Assembly (NCBI GenBank): GCA_965219085.1
Contig: OZ244720.1
Coordinates: 3,072,001-3,136,000 of the forward strand
From: Dehalococcoidia bacterium
GTDB lineage: Bacteria > Chloroflexota > Dehalococcoidia > UBA2979
Direction: 5' to 3'
Length of the DNA stretch: 64,000 bases
Below are positions 51,724 to 62,506 of the stretch, in pieces (positions within the stretch are counted from its first letter, which is position 1; each line of letters opens with the position of its first letter). The translations under genes were made by a program, and so were the position numbers. Below the pieces are notes generated by a model that saw only the letters and a program-made list of their open reading frames with translations, did no database searches and was not told where the DNA came from.

Positions 51724-52005
51724 TCAATGGTAGTCGACGATCTCGACTCCATAAGGGTTCCCGTCGATCCATACGAAACAGATACGCCATTGGTCATTGA
51801 TGCGGATACTGTGCTGACCCGCACGATCCCCTGAGAGCGCCTGCAGGCGATTCCCTGGAGGTACTCTCAGGTCATTCAAGTATCGAGCTCGATTCAGCAT
51901 TGTTAGTTTCCGCTGCGCGCGCAACTGAATGTCAGGAGGTATCTTCCTGACACGTCGCCGCTCAGCAACTGACTGAGTGTCCCGGTCCCGGAAGCTCCCG
52001 ATCAC
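51724..52005 (-). CDS. higB: HigB (RelE/ParE family) toxin
   Basis: DLRVPPGNRL..GQHSIRINDQWRICF..IVDYH. Confidence 0.93.
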   Translation of the reverse strand: MIGSFRDRDTQSVAERRRVRKIPPDIQLRAQRKLTMLNRARYLNDLRVPPGNRLQALSGDRAGQHSIRINDQWRICFVWIDGNPYGVEIVDYH

Positions 52006-52028
52006 AAGCCAATACTAGCGCAACGCAC

Positions 52029-52049
52029 TAATAGCGTATACCACTATTA
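52029..52049. promoter_or_regulatory. Putative HigA operator / AT-rich divergent promoter
   Basis: TAATAG-N9-CTATTA inverted repeat overlapping TATAAT. Confidence 0.5.
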
Positions 52050-52126
52050 TAATCAGGATGTGTGGCGGCGCGGCAAGGGATCGACCCCGCCTTGCTCGCC
52101 CCGCGAGCCACGGCTACGGTTCGGCG

Positions 52127-52765
52127 ATGCGCGTGGGTCTCATCTCCGATACGCACCTGCCCTCCCTCATCCGCCACCTCGACGGGCTCGGGCCGGAGCC
52201 TGCCGCGTTCCTCGCCAGCGTCGACCTGATCCTGCACGCCGGCGACATCAGCACCCGCACCGTGCTCGATTGGTGCGAGCAGTTCGCACCCGTCCTCGCC
52301 GCCCGCGGCAACCACGATGTGTTCGACGACCCCCGCCTGGCCGACCGCCAGGTGCTCGAACTCGAGGGCTGGCGGATCGGCATGACACACGACCTGCGCC
52401 CGCGAGCCGCCTCCCCCGCCGAGCTGGCCGCCCTGCACTTCGACGGGGCCGACCTCGACGTGATGATCGCGGGCGACACGCACGTCGAGTGGCTGACGCA
52501 TCGCGAGGGCGTGGTGCTGATGAACTCGGGCAGCCCGAACTTGCCCCACAACAAGGAGACGCGGCTCGGCACCGTCGGCCTGCTCGAACTCGAACGCGGG
52601 CGCCTGCACGCCGAGATCGTGATGCTGGGCGAGACGACGGGGCGGCTCAATCCCGGCACGCCCCAGCACCTCGAGATCGAGGACGGCAGCGTCATCAGCC
52701 ACTCCTATGGCGATGGCGGCTCGCCCGTGGCCCCGGATACGGCGTCCGGCGCCGGCGACGGGTAG
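52127..52765 (+). CDS. YfcE-like metallophosphoesterase
   Basis: SDTH, HAGD, GNHD, GDTH, NSGS. Confidence 0.9.
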   Translation: MRVGLISDTHLPSLIRHLDGLGPEPAAFLASVDLILHAGDISTRTVLDWCEQFAPVLAARGNHDVFDDPRLADRQVLELEGWRIGMTHDLRPRAASPAELAALHFDGADLDVMIAGDTHVEWLTHREGVVLMNSGSPNLPHNKETRLGTVGLLELERGRLHAEIVMLGETTGRLNPGTPQHLEIEDGSVISHSYGDGGSPVAPDTASGAGDG

Positions 52766-52774
52766 GCCGGAGCG

Positions 52775-53539
52775 GTGGCGGCCTCCAGGCCCGGCTTGAG
52801 ACAGCAGAGCACGACGGGGCGAGACCGCGTCGACGTTGGCGACGCCACCATCGAGTACGAGGTGCGGCGCAGCGCCCGCCGGAAGAAGACGGTCGAGATC
52901 ACGGTCGAGGATGGCTCCGTCCGCGTCGCCGCGCCGTCGTCGATGCCGGACCGCGAGCTGCGAGACATCGTTCGGGCGCGAGCTCCGTGGATCCTGCGCC
53001 ACGTGGCCGGGGCGACCCCGGAGACGCCACCGGACCCATTCGTGAGCGGCGGAACGCTGCCATACCTGGGCCGCAACATTCGCATCGTCGTCGAGACCGC
53101 CGAGGCGCCCGCGGTGGAGCTGCGATTCGACCACTCGCGGTTCCGGATCGCGGTGCCGGCGGGCCTCGATGCCGCCGAGCGCGACGCCCAGATCCGGAGC
53201 GCGGCGGTCGCGTGGTACAAGGCTCGCGCTGCCGAGCGGCTGACGGCCTGCGTCGAGCGCTGGTGGCCCCGGCTGGGTCGCGAAGCACCGTCGCGCGTGC
53301 TCGTCCGCGACCAGCGGCGGCGCTGGGGAAGCTGCGCGCATGACGGGACGCTGCGCTTCAGCTGGCGGGTGATGATGCTGGAGCCGGCGCTCATCGAGTA
53401 CGTCGTGGTCCACGAGCTGGCGCACCTCACGGCGCCGAACCACTCGCCCGAGTTCTGGGCCGCAGTCTCTGCCGCGCTGCCTGACGTGCCGGACTTGCGC
53501 CGACGCCTGCGTGAGGTGGGCTCGACACTCCCGCTGTAG
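52775..53539 (+). CDS. YgjP-like (DUF45) zinc metallohydrolase
   Basis: RWGSC, YVVVHELAH..NHSPEFW. Confidence 0.92.
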   Translation: MAASRPGLRQQSTTGRDRVDVGDATIEYEVRRSARRKKTVEITVEDGSVRVAAPSSMPDRELRDIVRARAPWILRHVAGATPETPPDPFVSGGTLPYLGRNIRIVVETAEAPAVELRFDHSRFRIAVPAGLDAAERDAQIRSAAVAWYKARAAERLTACVERWWPRLGREAPSRVLVRDQRRRWGSCAHDGTLRFSWRVMMLEPALIEYVVVHELAHLTAPNHSPEFWAAVSAALPDVPDLRRRLREVGSTLPL

Positions 53540-53694
53540 TCGCCGGGCTGGGACACTCGGACCGGCAACCCCAATCACGAACCGGTTGTGGGGTGGTTTG
53601 CCGAGCAGTCGGTAGCCGCGCCACAGCGTGGGCACTCTGCGGACGAGGCCTGGACCGGAAGACCGCGCCGGCCGAGTAGACATGCAGAGGTTGG

Positions 53695-55190
53695 TTGATG
53701 TTCAGCCCGGTCGTCGTCGTCGTGTTCGTCGCGTACTTCCTGGCGCTCGTCGGCATCGCCGTCGTGCGCGCGCGGCGCATGGACGCCATGTCCGACTACG
53801 TCCTCGGCGGCCGACGCATGAGCAGCTTCACGTCCGGGCTCAGCACGAGCGTGTCGACCACGAGCGGATGGACGATGCTGGCGCTGCCCGCGCTCGCCTT
53901 CACCGAGGGCGCCAACATCCTCTGGCTCGTCGGCTTCCTCGCGGTGGGCGTCTGGCTCAACTGGACGTTCGTCGCCAGGCGGCTGCGGCGCTACACGATC
54001 GCTGCCGAGGACTCGCTGACCGTCCCGGAGTTCTTTGAGCGGCGCTTCGCCCACCGGAGCGGAGCACTGCGCACCGTTGCCGGGTCCTCACGATCTTCTT
54101 CATCGTCTTCTACACCAACTCGGGCCTGATCGCGGGCGCGGACCTGATGGGCTCCGTGTTCGAGATCGACCTCAATCCCGGGATCTGGATCACGCTGTTC
54201 GCGGTCACCTCGTACACGTTCATCGGCGGCTTCCTCGCTGTGTCGCGGACCGACGTATTCCAGGCGGTGCTGATGCTCGCGGGCCTCATCATCGTGCCCA
54301 TCGCGCTGCTCGTGGTTGCCGACGAGCCGTTCCGCGAGGTCGGCGGAGACGCGGGCGGATTCTTCAACCCGTTCACCGACCCCGGCGGCAAGCTCGTGAC
54401 GCCGATGTTCCTCATCGGCCTGGCGGGCTGGGGATGGGCGCCGTTGGCTCGCAGCGCGTGTTGCAGCGCTTCATGGCGGTGGAGAGCGAGGCAAAGATCA
54501 ACGAGAGCCGCAACATCTCGTTCGCCTGGATCGTGGTGATCTACGCGCTCAGCTTCCTGCTCGGGCTGCTCGCCCACCCAGCCCTCGAGGCGGCCGGCGT
54601 GGTGACGACGGATCCCGAGCTGGCCTACTTCGCCGTCGCCGACCACTTCTTCCCGGTGCTGATCGGCGGACTGCTGCTCTCGGCGGTGATGAGCACGGCC
54701 GACTCGCAACTGCTGCTCGGCTCCGCGGCCGCCTCGAACGACCTGCCGTTCGTGCGAGGGGTGAGCGCATCGCTCGATACGCGGGGGCAGGTCTGGCTGG
54801 GGCGCGCCTCGCTCGTCGTCATCGGCGTGCTGTCCGGCCTCCTCACGGTCGCGTTCCCCGACTCGATCCTCAACCTCGTCGCGTACGCGTGGGGCGGGAT
54901 GGGAGCGGCGTTCGGGCCGGTGGTGGTGCTCTCGCTTTACTGGCGACGGTTCAACGCGGCGGGGGCGATGGCCGGGCTCCTGGTCGGGTTCGCGGTGGCC
55001 ACGCTCTGGCAGTTCGGCCTCGAGGGCGGCCCGCAGGGCGTCTTCGACATCATGTCCGGCACGCCGGGGTGCGTCTTCGCCACGATCGCGGCGGTCGTGG
55101 TCACGCTCCGCACCGCGCCGCCGTCCGCGGACGTCGTCGCGACGTTCGACGCGGTCGTCGGACGCGCGGCGTCGAGTCGTTGCCGTGGCT
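53695..55190 (+). pseudogene. putP: Sodium/proline symporter, frameshifted (end approximate)
   Basis: DYVLGGR..SGW, FIGGFLAVSRTDVFQ, MSTADSQLL, YAWGGMGAAFGP spread over three ORFs. Confidence 0.85.
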
Positions 55191-55195
55191 GGTGG

Positions 55196-55978
55196 CTACG
55201 CCTCGGCGAGCACCGACCGGTCGTAGAGGATGTTGCCGGTGTAGCCGCTCGGCTCCTGCTGGCAGATCCAGACCGTCGCCTCGCCCATGGGGTCGGCGGC
55301 CTCGAAGTTGAGGTCCGGGTTCTCCAGGTCGTTGCCGGCGAAGAGCAGGCCGGGCGTGCGGTACCCGCTCTCCGGCGAGAGCACGTTGACGGCGATGTTG
55401 TCGTCCTGCAGCTCGACGGCCTGCGACTGCGAGAAGTGTTCGAGGCCGGCCTTGATGCCGCCGTAGAGCAGGTCGCCGCCGCGGCGCACCTCGTCGCCGT
55501 AGGGGCCGGGACCGGGCGGGATCGCGCCGCGCGAGGAGATGTTGATGATGTGTCCGCCACCGCCCTCGCGCATGTGCGGGACGACGGCCCGCATCATCAT
55601 GATGTAGCCGATGTAGTTGACCTCGAGGCTGAGGTGGATGTGGCGCTCGCGCGCGCTCTCGATGGTGCCGGGGATGAAGATGGCGGCGTTGTTGACGAGC
55701 ACGTCGATGCGGCCCCACTCCTCGACGACACGCTGGGCGCAGGCCTGGATGCTCTCAGCGTCGCGGAGGTTGAGGACCACCGGCATGGCCGTGCCGCCGG
55801 CCTCGGTGATCGACTCGGTGACCGAGTGGATGGTGCCCGGCAGGCGCGCGTCCTGCACGGTCTCGGTGCGAGCGGCGACGGCGGTCCTGGCGCCGGCAGC
55901 GGCGAGGTGGCGAGCGATATCGGCGCCGATTCCGCGGCTCGCGCCGGCGACGATGGCGACCTTCCCGTCAAGCGACAT
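55196..55978 (-). CDS. SDR family oxidoreductase
   Basis: GASRGIG, NNAA, YGGIK. Confidence 0.92.
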   Translation of the reverse strand: MSLDGKVAIVAGASRGIGADIARHLAAAGARTAVAARTETVQDARLPGTIHSVTESITEAGGTAMPVVLNLRDAESIQACAQRVVEEWGRIDVLVNNAAIFIPGTIESARERHIHLSLEVNYIGYIMMMRAVVPHMREGGGGHIINISSRGAIPPGPGPYGDEVRRGGDLLYGGIKAGLEHFSQSQAVELQDDNIAVNVLSPESGYRTPGLLFAGNDLENPDLNFEAADPMGEATVWICQQEPSGYTGNILYDRSVLAEA

Positions 55979-56194
55979 GTGATCCTCCTCGGGTGCGTCG
56001 AGGCGCGATGGTTCGCCGCGCCTCGGGTGAATGTCCGCGTCGGCTGGCGAGTCTAGCCCGATCCAGTCGCCAGCACACCTTCGACGTGCAGCGATGGGCG
56101 CGTCTGATAGCTTGGATGCAGCTCGCAACGCGCGTCTGGAGTTCACCCGTGTCCGCATCAACCCGTCCGCCGCGACCTCGAGACCGTAGTCGCG

Positions 56195-56337
56195 AGCCCT
56201 GGTGGGAGTCGCTGCCCGACACGTCGTCCCCTGCATTCGCCGCCGAGGCGCGTCGACAATCGCTTATGGCCGCGAACAGCGCGTATGCCGAGAGTGATCA
56301 GGCGTTCGTTGACTCGATCTCCGACTGGCCTGACTGA
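56195..56337 (+). pseudogene. DUF3018 (MazE-like antitoxin) C-terminal remnant
   Basis: PDTSSPAFAAEARRQS..DQAFVDSISDW. Confidence 0.6.
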
Positions 56338-56384
56338 GGCGCATCCAACACCCCGCACCTACCACCATCCCCTACACTCCCCCC

Positions 56385-57764
56385 ATGACCCCCACCGGCA
56401 GGCAGCCGCGACGACGCGGCGATGCGCCGCCCGGGCTCCAACGCGACCTCTTCACCGGCGACGAGCCCCGCCTCCCCGAGGGCGCCGTCGGCGACGCGCG
56501 GCGTGGCTCCGCCCCGCTCGCCACGCGCCAGCGCCCCAGGGACCTCGACGACTTCGTGGGACAGGAGGCGGTGGTCGGGCCGGGGAGTCCGCTGCGAGGG
56601 ATGATCGAGCGCGACGAGACGCCCTCGCTCGTGCTCTGGGGGCCACCCGGCTCCGGGAAGACGACGCTCGCCGCCATCATCGCGCGGCGCACGCAGCGCT
56701 ACTTCGAGCCCCTGTCCGCCGTCGACGCCGGCGTCGCTGACATCCGGCGCGTCGTCGCCGAGGCGCGGCAGCGGCGTTCGGTGGGCGGCGTCGAGACCAT
56801 CTTGTTCATCGATGAACTGCACCGCTTCAACCGCGCGCAGCAGGACCACGTGCTCCCCCACGTCGAGGACGGCACGGTTACGTTCATCGGCGCGACGACG
56901 GAGAACCCGTCGTTTTATGTCGTGGCTCCGCTGATCTCGCGCGCGCGCGTGTTCAAGCTCGAACTGCTCTCCGACGACGACCTCCGCACGATCGTGACGC
57001 GCGCGCTCGAACGCGACGCGCAGCTCGGCGAACTCGACCTCGACGTAGCGGACGACGGGATCGACGCTATCGTCCGGCTCGCGGGCGGCGACGCGCGCGC
57101 GGCGCTCAACCTGCTCGAGCTCGCGGCTACCTCAACGCGGCCCGGCGCAGACGGCGTGCGTCATGTGACGCGCGAGGTGGTTGAGGCCACCGGACAGCGC
57201 CCGACGGTGCTCTACGACCGCGCGGGCGACGCCCACTACGACCACATCTCCGCCTACATCAAGTCGGTCCGCGACTCCGACCCGGACGGGGCGCTCTACT
57301 GGCTCGCGCGCATGCTCGAGGCCGGCGAGGACCCGCTGTTCGTGGCGCGACGGATGGTGATCCTCGCCGCCGAGGACGTCGGGCTCGCCGACCCGCAGGC
57401 GCTCGTCGTCGCGGTGTCGGGGCAGCAGGCGGCGCATTTCCTCGGCATGCCGGAGGCGCGCCTGCCGCTCGCCGAGGTGACCGTGTACCTCGCCCGCGCG
57501 CCGAAGTCGAACTCGGCCTACGCGGCCTACACGCGCGCCGCCGCCGATGTCGAGCGCACCCGCAACGACCCCGTGCCGGTGCACCTCCGCAATGCCGCCA
57601 CCAACCTCATGCGCGACTTCGGCTACGGCGGGGGCTACCGCTACGCGCACGACTTTGAGGGACACGTCGTCCCCGACCAGACGCACCGCCCGCCCTCGGC
57701 CGAGGCGAACGTCTACTACGAGCCGGGCATGCTCGGCGACGAGGCGAGGCCGCGCGACGCGTAG
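56385..57764 (+). CDS. rarA: Replication-associated recombination protein A
   Basis: WGPPGSGKTT, FIDELHRFN, GATTENP, SAYIKSVR.SD.D. Confidence 0.95.
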   Translation: MTPTGRQPRRRGDAPPGLQRDLFTGDEPRLPEGAVGDARRGSAPLATRQRPRDLDDFVGQEAVVGPGSPLRGMIERDETPSLVLWGPPGSGKTTLAAIIARRTQRYFEPLSAVDAGVADIRRVVAEARQRRSVGGVETILFIDELHRFNRAQQDHVLPHVEDGTVTFIGATTENPSFYVVAPLISRARVFKLELLSDDDLRTIVTRALERDAQLGELDLDVADDGIDAIVRLAGGDARAALNLLELAATSTRPGADGVRHVTREVVEATGQRPTVLYDRAGDAHYDHISAYIKSVRDSDPDGALYWLARMLEAGEDPLFVARRMVILAAEDVGLADPQALVVAVSGQQAAHFLGMPEARLPLAEVTVYLARAPKSNSAYAAYTRAAADVERTRNDPVPVHLRNAATNLMRDFGYGGGYRYAHDFEGHVVPDQTHRPPSAEANVYYEPGMLGDEARPRDA

Positions 57765-57765
57765 C

Positions 57766-58881
57766 TCAGGCTGCCTCGCCCCCACCGAGGATCGCCGGTG
57801 GCATGGCCGCCTCGAAGGCTGCTTGCTCGGCGCGCCGCCGCGCGATCTCGTCGGGCGCGGGGACAGCTCCGCCCTCCAGCGCCGCGATCAGTTCGGCGCG
57901 AGCAAGGGAGAAGACATCGCCGGCCTCGTGGAGCGCACCGCGAGCCTTGAGGTGCTCGCCGAGCCGCAGCCACATCCGCCGCCCGGCCGCCACGAGGCGC
58001 TCGGTGGGCTCCTCCAATGCAGCGAGGGCGAGCGCGTGCTCCAGCGCCGCCGGCAGCAGCGCCATGAGGTTCGCGACCGCCGGATCGCTCGCCGAGGCAG
58101 CGATCTCTGCCGTGGCCGCCCGACGCTGCGCAAGGCGCGCCCGCTGCACGTCGGGTGGGCTCGGCGTGTCTGGCAGCGCGGCCGCCTCGCGGATGGCGCG
58201 CGTGAGCATGGCTCGGTTCTCGCGCCATGAGGGCACGTCCTGGCGGTAGCCCGGCGTCGTGTCGCCGAAGTCACGCTGTGCGCGCTCGAGCCCCTGCATG
58301 TACTCGCGCTGGCCGCCCGTCGGCCCGAAGGTTTGCGAGAGCCTGCTGCCCTGGCTGCGCAGCAGCCGGCTCATCTCCCAGACGGCGATCGCGCGCCGCG
58401 ACTCCCGCGACGGGATCGCCTCGATGAGCGCCCGCGCGTCGTCGCGACGCCCCTCGCCGAAGTGCGTCGCGAACGCGTCCGTGAGCGCCGCGGCCGCGCG
58501 CCCGGTCGGGCCAAGGATGTCGCGACGCATGCGCTGAGAGATGGCCGCCCACTCGTCGATGCGGGCGCCGAGCGCGGCAGCCCACCCACGCTCGCCGACC
58601 GCGCCCGGCTCGAGGCCATCCAGGGCGAGGGCAAGCGCCTCGACGCGCGGCAGCCACTCCTCCTCCAGTCGGTCGAGGGTCGTGGCGCCTCCACCGTCGC
58701 CGTCGTCCTCGTCGCGAAGATACATGTAGCCGCCGACTGCTACGGCGTCGTCGCCGAGCATCTCGGCGTAGAGCTCGGCGATCAGCGGCGGGTGGGACTG
58801 CGGGTCGCGCTCGCAGGCGAGACGCCAGCGGTCTGCCGCCAGGGCGGGATCAGGCAACTCGAACGAGACCTCGACGCTCAT
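57766..58881 (-). CDS. Hypothetical protein resembling the helical middle region of PEP-utilising/rifampin phosphotransferase-like enzymes
   Basis: 371-aa ORF; G..L...G.L....DVF.L...EL motif. Confidence 0.5.
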   Translation of the reverse strand: MSVEVSFELPDPALAADRWRLACERDPQSHPPLIAELYAEMLGDDAVAVGGYMYLRDEDDGDGGGATTLDRLEEEWLPRVEALALALDGLEPGAVGERGWAAALGARIDEWAAISQRMRRDILGPTGRAAAALTDAFATHFGEGRRDDARALIEAIPSRESRRAIAVWEMSRLLRSQGSRLSQTFGPTGGQREYMQGLERAQRDFGDTTPGYRQDVPSWRENRAMLTRAIREAAALPDTPSPPDVQRARLAQRRAATAEIAASASDPAVANLMALLPAALEHALALAALEEPTERLVAAGRRMWLRLGEHLKARGALHEAGDVFSLARAELIAALEGGAVPAPDEIARRRAEQAAFEAAMPPAILGGGEAA

Positions 58882-59052
58882 CCTGGCTCCAGGCTTCCGG
58901 CCACCGTCGGCCGCTGCACGCGTGCTCGCGCCATGCTAATGCGGTCGGGCGCACAACGGGAGCATCGCGCACAGGCATCCGCCGCCCCGGCGGTGATACC
59001 CTCCGCAATGCGTATCGTGACTGACGACACAGAACGCACGGGCGAGGTGGAA

Positions 59053-60267
59053 ATGACGACATCGGATGCGGGGGCCCTCCAGCTCGGTGCTCCGGAGCGG
59101 GTGAGCACCGTCGAGGCGATCGACGAGTTCCGGCGGGGGCGTCCCGTCATCATCGTCGACGACGAGGGCCGCGAGAACGAGGGCGATCTGTGCATCCCCG
59201 CGCAGTTCATCGATACGCAGATGGTCGCGTTCATGACGACCCGCGCGCGCGGCCTCGTCTGTGTCGCCATGGGCGGCGAGCGCCTCGACGCGATGAACGT
59301 GCCGCTGATGACCGGCCGCAACACGTCGCCGCTGTCGAAGCAGTTCACCGTCTCCGTCGAGGCCCGCGACGGTGTCTCCACCGGAGCATCGGCCGCCGAC
59401 CGCGCCCGCACGATCCAGGTCCTCGTCGACCCCAACTCGACGCCCGAACTGCTGACGCGGCCCGGCCACATCTTCCCGCTGCGCGCCCGCGACGGCGGGG
59501 TACTCGTGCGCGCGGGACACACCGAGGCGTCCGTGGATCTGGCTCGGCTCGCCGGCTGCACGCCCGCGGCCGTCATCTGCGAAATGCTGCAGGACGACGG
59601 CTCCGTCGCGCGCACACCGGACCTCATCGCGTTCGCGCGCGAGCACGACCTCAAGATCGTCACCGTCAACGACGTGATCGCGCACCGTCTGCGCACCGAC
59701 ACGCTCATCGAGCGCGTCACCGAGGCAGACCTGCCGAGCCGCTTCGGCGACTTCACGGCGGTCGGCTACCGCACCCTCATCGACACCCGCGAGCACATCG
59801 CCTTCGTGCTCGGGGACATCACCACGCCCGAGCCGGTGCTCGTCCGCGTCCACGACCAATGCGTGACCGGCGACGTGTTCCGCTCGCTAAGCTGTGACTG
59901 TGGTTACCAGTTGCGCGCCTCGATGGACCTCGTGCGTGAGGCGGGCCGGGGGGTCGTTGTGTACCTCTACCAGCAGGGGCGCGCCGTGGGTCTGCACCAG
60001 AAGGGCATTCAGCCCGCCGCGGCGGGTGACGGCGAGGCCATGGCGCCGATCGAGGCGCTTGGCCTGCCCGACTACGGGATCGGCATGCAAATCCTCGTCG
60101 ACCTGGGCGTGCGGCGGATGCGGCTCATCACCGACAACCCCGTGAAGCGCTCCGGTCTGGACGCATACGGGCTTGAGATCTCCGAACTCGTACCCCTCGC
60201 CGAGCGGACGCGCGAGCAGCGCGAGGAAGCGCTCAGCGCCGCCCGTGGAGACGACGAGGGCGCGTAG
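59053..60267 (+). CDS. ribBA: DHBP synthase fused to a GTP cyclohydrolase II-like domain
   Basis: DDEGRENEGD, FTVSV, RPGHIFPL, GHTEA; C..GD..CDC. Confidence 0.92.
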   Translation: MTTSDAGALQLGAPERVSTVEAIDEFRRGRPVIIVDDEGRENEGDLCIPAQFIDTQMVAFMTTRARGLVCVAMGGERLDAMNVPLMTGRNTSPLSKQFTVSVEARDGVSTGASAADRARTIQVLVDPNSTPELLTRPGHIFPLRARDGGVLVRAGHTEASVDLARLAGCTPAAVICEMLQDDGSVARTPDLIAFAREHDLKIVTVNDVIAHRLRTDTLIERVTEADLPSRFGDFTAVGYRTLIDTREHIAFVLGDITTPEPVLVRVHDQCVTGDVFRSLSCDCGYQLRASMDLVREAGRGVVVYLYQQGRAVGLHQKGIQPAAAGDGEAMAPIEALGLPDYGIGMQILVDLGVRRMRLITDNPVKRSGLDAYGLEISELVPLAERTREQREEALSAARGDDEGA

Positions 60268-60343
60268 CACCGTAGTGCCACGCGCCCGCATGCGTCTCGG
60301 CTGCGCTGGCAGACGCCCGCGCGCCGGGATCAGTCGACCTGCA

Positions 60344-60862
60344 TCAGTCGATCAGCGCCGCGATCACCTCGTCGATGACGGCGTCCGCCTTCGCGTGCAA
60401 CTCGTCGTCCGTCGCATCCTGGATCGGGTGCTGGACGAACGCGCGCTGCATCGCAGGCAGACCGAGTGAGACGGCCTGGGCCTCGGCGGCGTCGACGAAC
60501 TCGTTCGAGGCCATCATCACCGAGGGCATGCCCTGAATCTCGAACCAGACTGTGTCGTGCACACTGCACGTCGTACACGACCCTCAGTCGGCAAGCGCTT
60601 CGATGACGAAGTCCACCTCCTCCATCATCTGGCGCCGCAGCGGCTCTGGCGCGGGCTTCGCGAAGGTCGGCTTCATGTAGCGCTTCACGCTCACCTCGGG
60701 CAGCCGCTCGCCTATCAGCATCTCGATGCGGTCGAGCAGGACGTCGCCCTTTGGCTTGCTGATGTCGAGCAGCCCAACCGTCCCGGTGATGTGCTCGGGC
60801 CGCTCCGTGAGCTGCCGTCCAATCGGTTCCCGTTCGTCCGTCGGGTCAAGAATCGTCGTCAT
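60344..60862 (-). CDS. UGSC family selenoprotein (UGA at 60584-60586 read as Sec)
   Basis: ORFs 60584-60862 and 60344-60562 are in frame: ALAD-U-GSCTTCSVHD; hairpin follows the UGA. Confidence 0.85.
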
Positions 60863-62430
60863 ACGACCTCCTCGATCTTCCTGTTGTCCAATCCGCTCGC
60901 CCAGCCCGGGAAGATCGAAGTGAACTTCCCGGCCCCACTACCGGCCACGACGATGTGGATGCGGTCGGGCGATTCGAACTTTGGTATGAGTTCGTCGAGC
61001 TGCGCATCGCTTGGTCCGTTCGGGCCAAAGCTCTCCGGCGGGATCCCCGCCCCGGCGCGCTCGTCGATCAGAAGCTCGCGCACCGGCCGGTGCGTGAGCT
61101 CCCACAGCCGCCGCTGCAGGTCGGTGCGCGTCCAACCATCGCGCGCGATGGTGTCGACGTGTTCGGGGCAGATCACCATCAGCACCTCGCCCGACCTCGA
61201 CCGCGGGTGGCTGATTGCCTGGAGCGACATCGCGAGGCTGCCCGCAAGCCCCTCGGCGGTACGCGACGTCTGGTCGACGCTCACCAGCGGCCCGGGCGAC
61301 GCGGGGAATACGGAGACCACGCTGTCCGCGGCGTCGTAGCCGTGCTCGACGTGGAACGGCTTCCAGGGACTGCGTTCTTCCCGTTCGGCGAACGCCAGCG
61401 TGAACTTCGCCGGGGATCCGAGCATCGAGCGTTCGGTGCCGCCGGGCTTCGCCCCGCCGACGTTGCGCAGCACGAGCCGCACGGCGCGCCCGATCGTTGC
61501 GTTCGCGCGGTTGCCTTGCCCGAGCGCGCCCAGTCCGGAGTTCATCCCGATGCGGTCGCGGATCGGGCCGTTGACGATCACCGCCGGCGAGGCGCCCATC
61601 GTCGTGGCCATCACGCCGTGCGCGTTGAACTGCTCGGTGCACACGGCTTCGACGGCGGCGATCACGACCGGCAGGTACTCGGGCTTGCAGCCGGCGAGCA
61701 CTGCGTTGATCGCGATCTTCTCGATGGTCGCCTCGCCCATATTCGGCGGGACGATGGCCACCACCTCCTGCGCGTCGCGACGGGTGCCGCCCAGCATCCG
61801 CAGTACGCGTTCCGGACTCGGCGCCACCACGGGCAGCCCGTCGGTGAAGCCCTGGTCGAACATGAACTCGTCGACGTCGTCGGCGCTGCCGACCTCGATG
61901 CGCCGCGCGCGCAGCGGGCTACCCTCGGCCTCCGCGGCGAGCCGCTCGGCGATGCCGGGCTCAAGGGTCCGCGAGCCGCAGCCGGGCTGCGAGACCGGGT
62001 AGCGCTCCCAGTCCACGTCGCCCGCGTCGGCGTCCGTGAGGTCCGCGAGCCTGCCGTACAGCATGCGCCAGTCCTCGCGGCCGAATCCGACGAAGCGGTC
62101 GACCTCGGCGCCGTCGGCGTCGGTCAGGATCACGGTCGGCACCGTCTCGAGGTCGTAGCGGTACGAGACATCGAGCTCGGAGTCGTCGAGTAACGGTAAC
62201 GTCAGCGCGTGGCGGTCGACGAGGATCGCGTTGCCCTCGGTATCCTGGCCGATCGCCAGCACGTCGACCTCGCCGCCGAAGGCGCGATGCGCGCCCTCGA
62301 TCAGCGGCATCGAAGTGCCGCACGTGGGGCAGTCTTCCTTGACGAAGGCGAGGAGCGTCGGGCGGCCGGTCGGGAACGCACGCTCCTCGCTGCGTTGGTC
62401 GCGCAATGCGAAGCCAGGCAGTTCGGTCAC
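60859..62430 (-). CDS. Thioredoxin-like (CPTC) domain fused to a UGSC-associated domain
   Basis: KEDCPTC; FTDGLPVVAPSPERV, KIAINAVLAGC, NRANATIGRA; overlaps the selenoprotein start. Confidence 0.8.
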   Translation of the reverse strand: MTELPGFALRDQRSEERAFPTGRPTLLAFVKEDCPTCGTSMPLIEGAHRAFGGEVDVLAIGQDTEGNAILVDRHALTLPLLDDSELDVSYRYDLETVPTVILTDADGAEVDRFVGFGREDWRMLYGRLADLTDADAGDVDWERYPVSQPGCGSRTLEPGIAERLAAEAEGSPLRARRIEVGSADDVDEFMFDQGFTDGLPVVAPSPERVLRMLGGTRRDAQEVVAIVPPNMGEATIEKIAINAVLAGCKPEYLPVVIAAVEAVCTEQFNAHGVMATTMGASPAVIVNGPIRDRIGMNSGLGALGQGNRANATIGRAVRLVLRNVGGAKPGGTERSMLGSPAKFTLAFAEREERSPWKPFHVEHGYDAADSVVSVFPASPGPLVSVDQTSRTAEGLAGSLAMSLQAISHPRSRSGEVLMVICPEHVDTIARDGWTRTDLQRRLWELTHRPVRELLIDERAGAGIPPESFGPNGPSDAQLDELIPKFESPDRIHIVVAGSGAGKFTSIFPGWASGLDNRKIEEVV

Positions 62431-62506
62431 GGCGACCTCCTTACCGACACCATCCCGTCCGCGTGCATTCTAACCATGTTGGGGAAGGCGCGTGGCGGCG
62501 TCGGGT

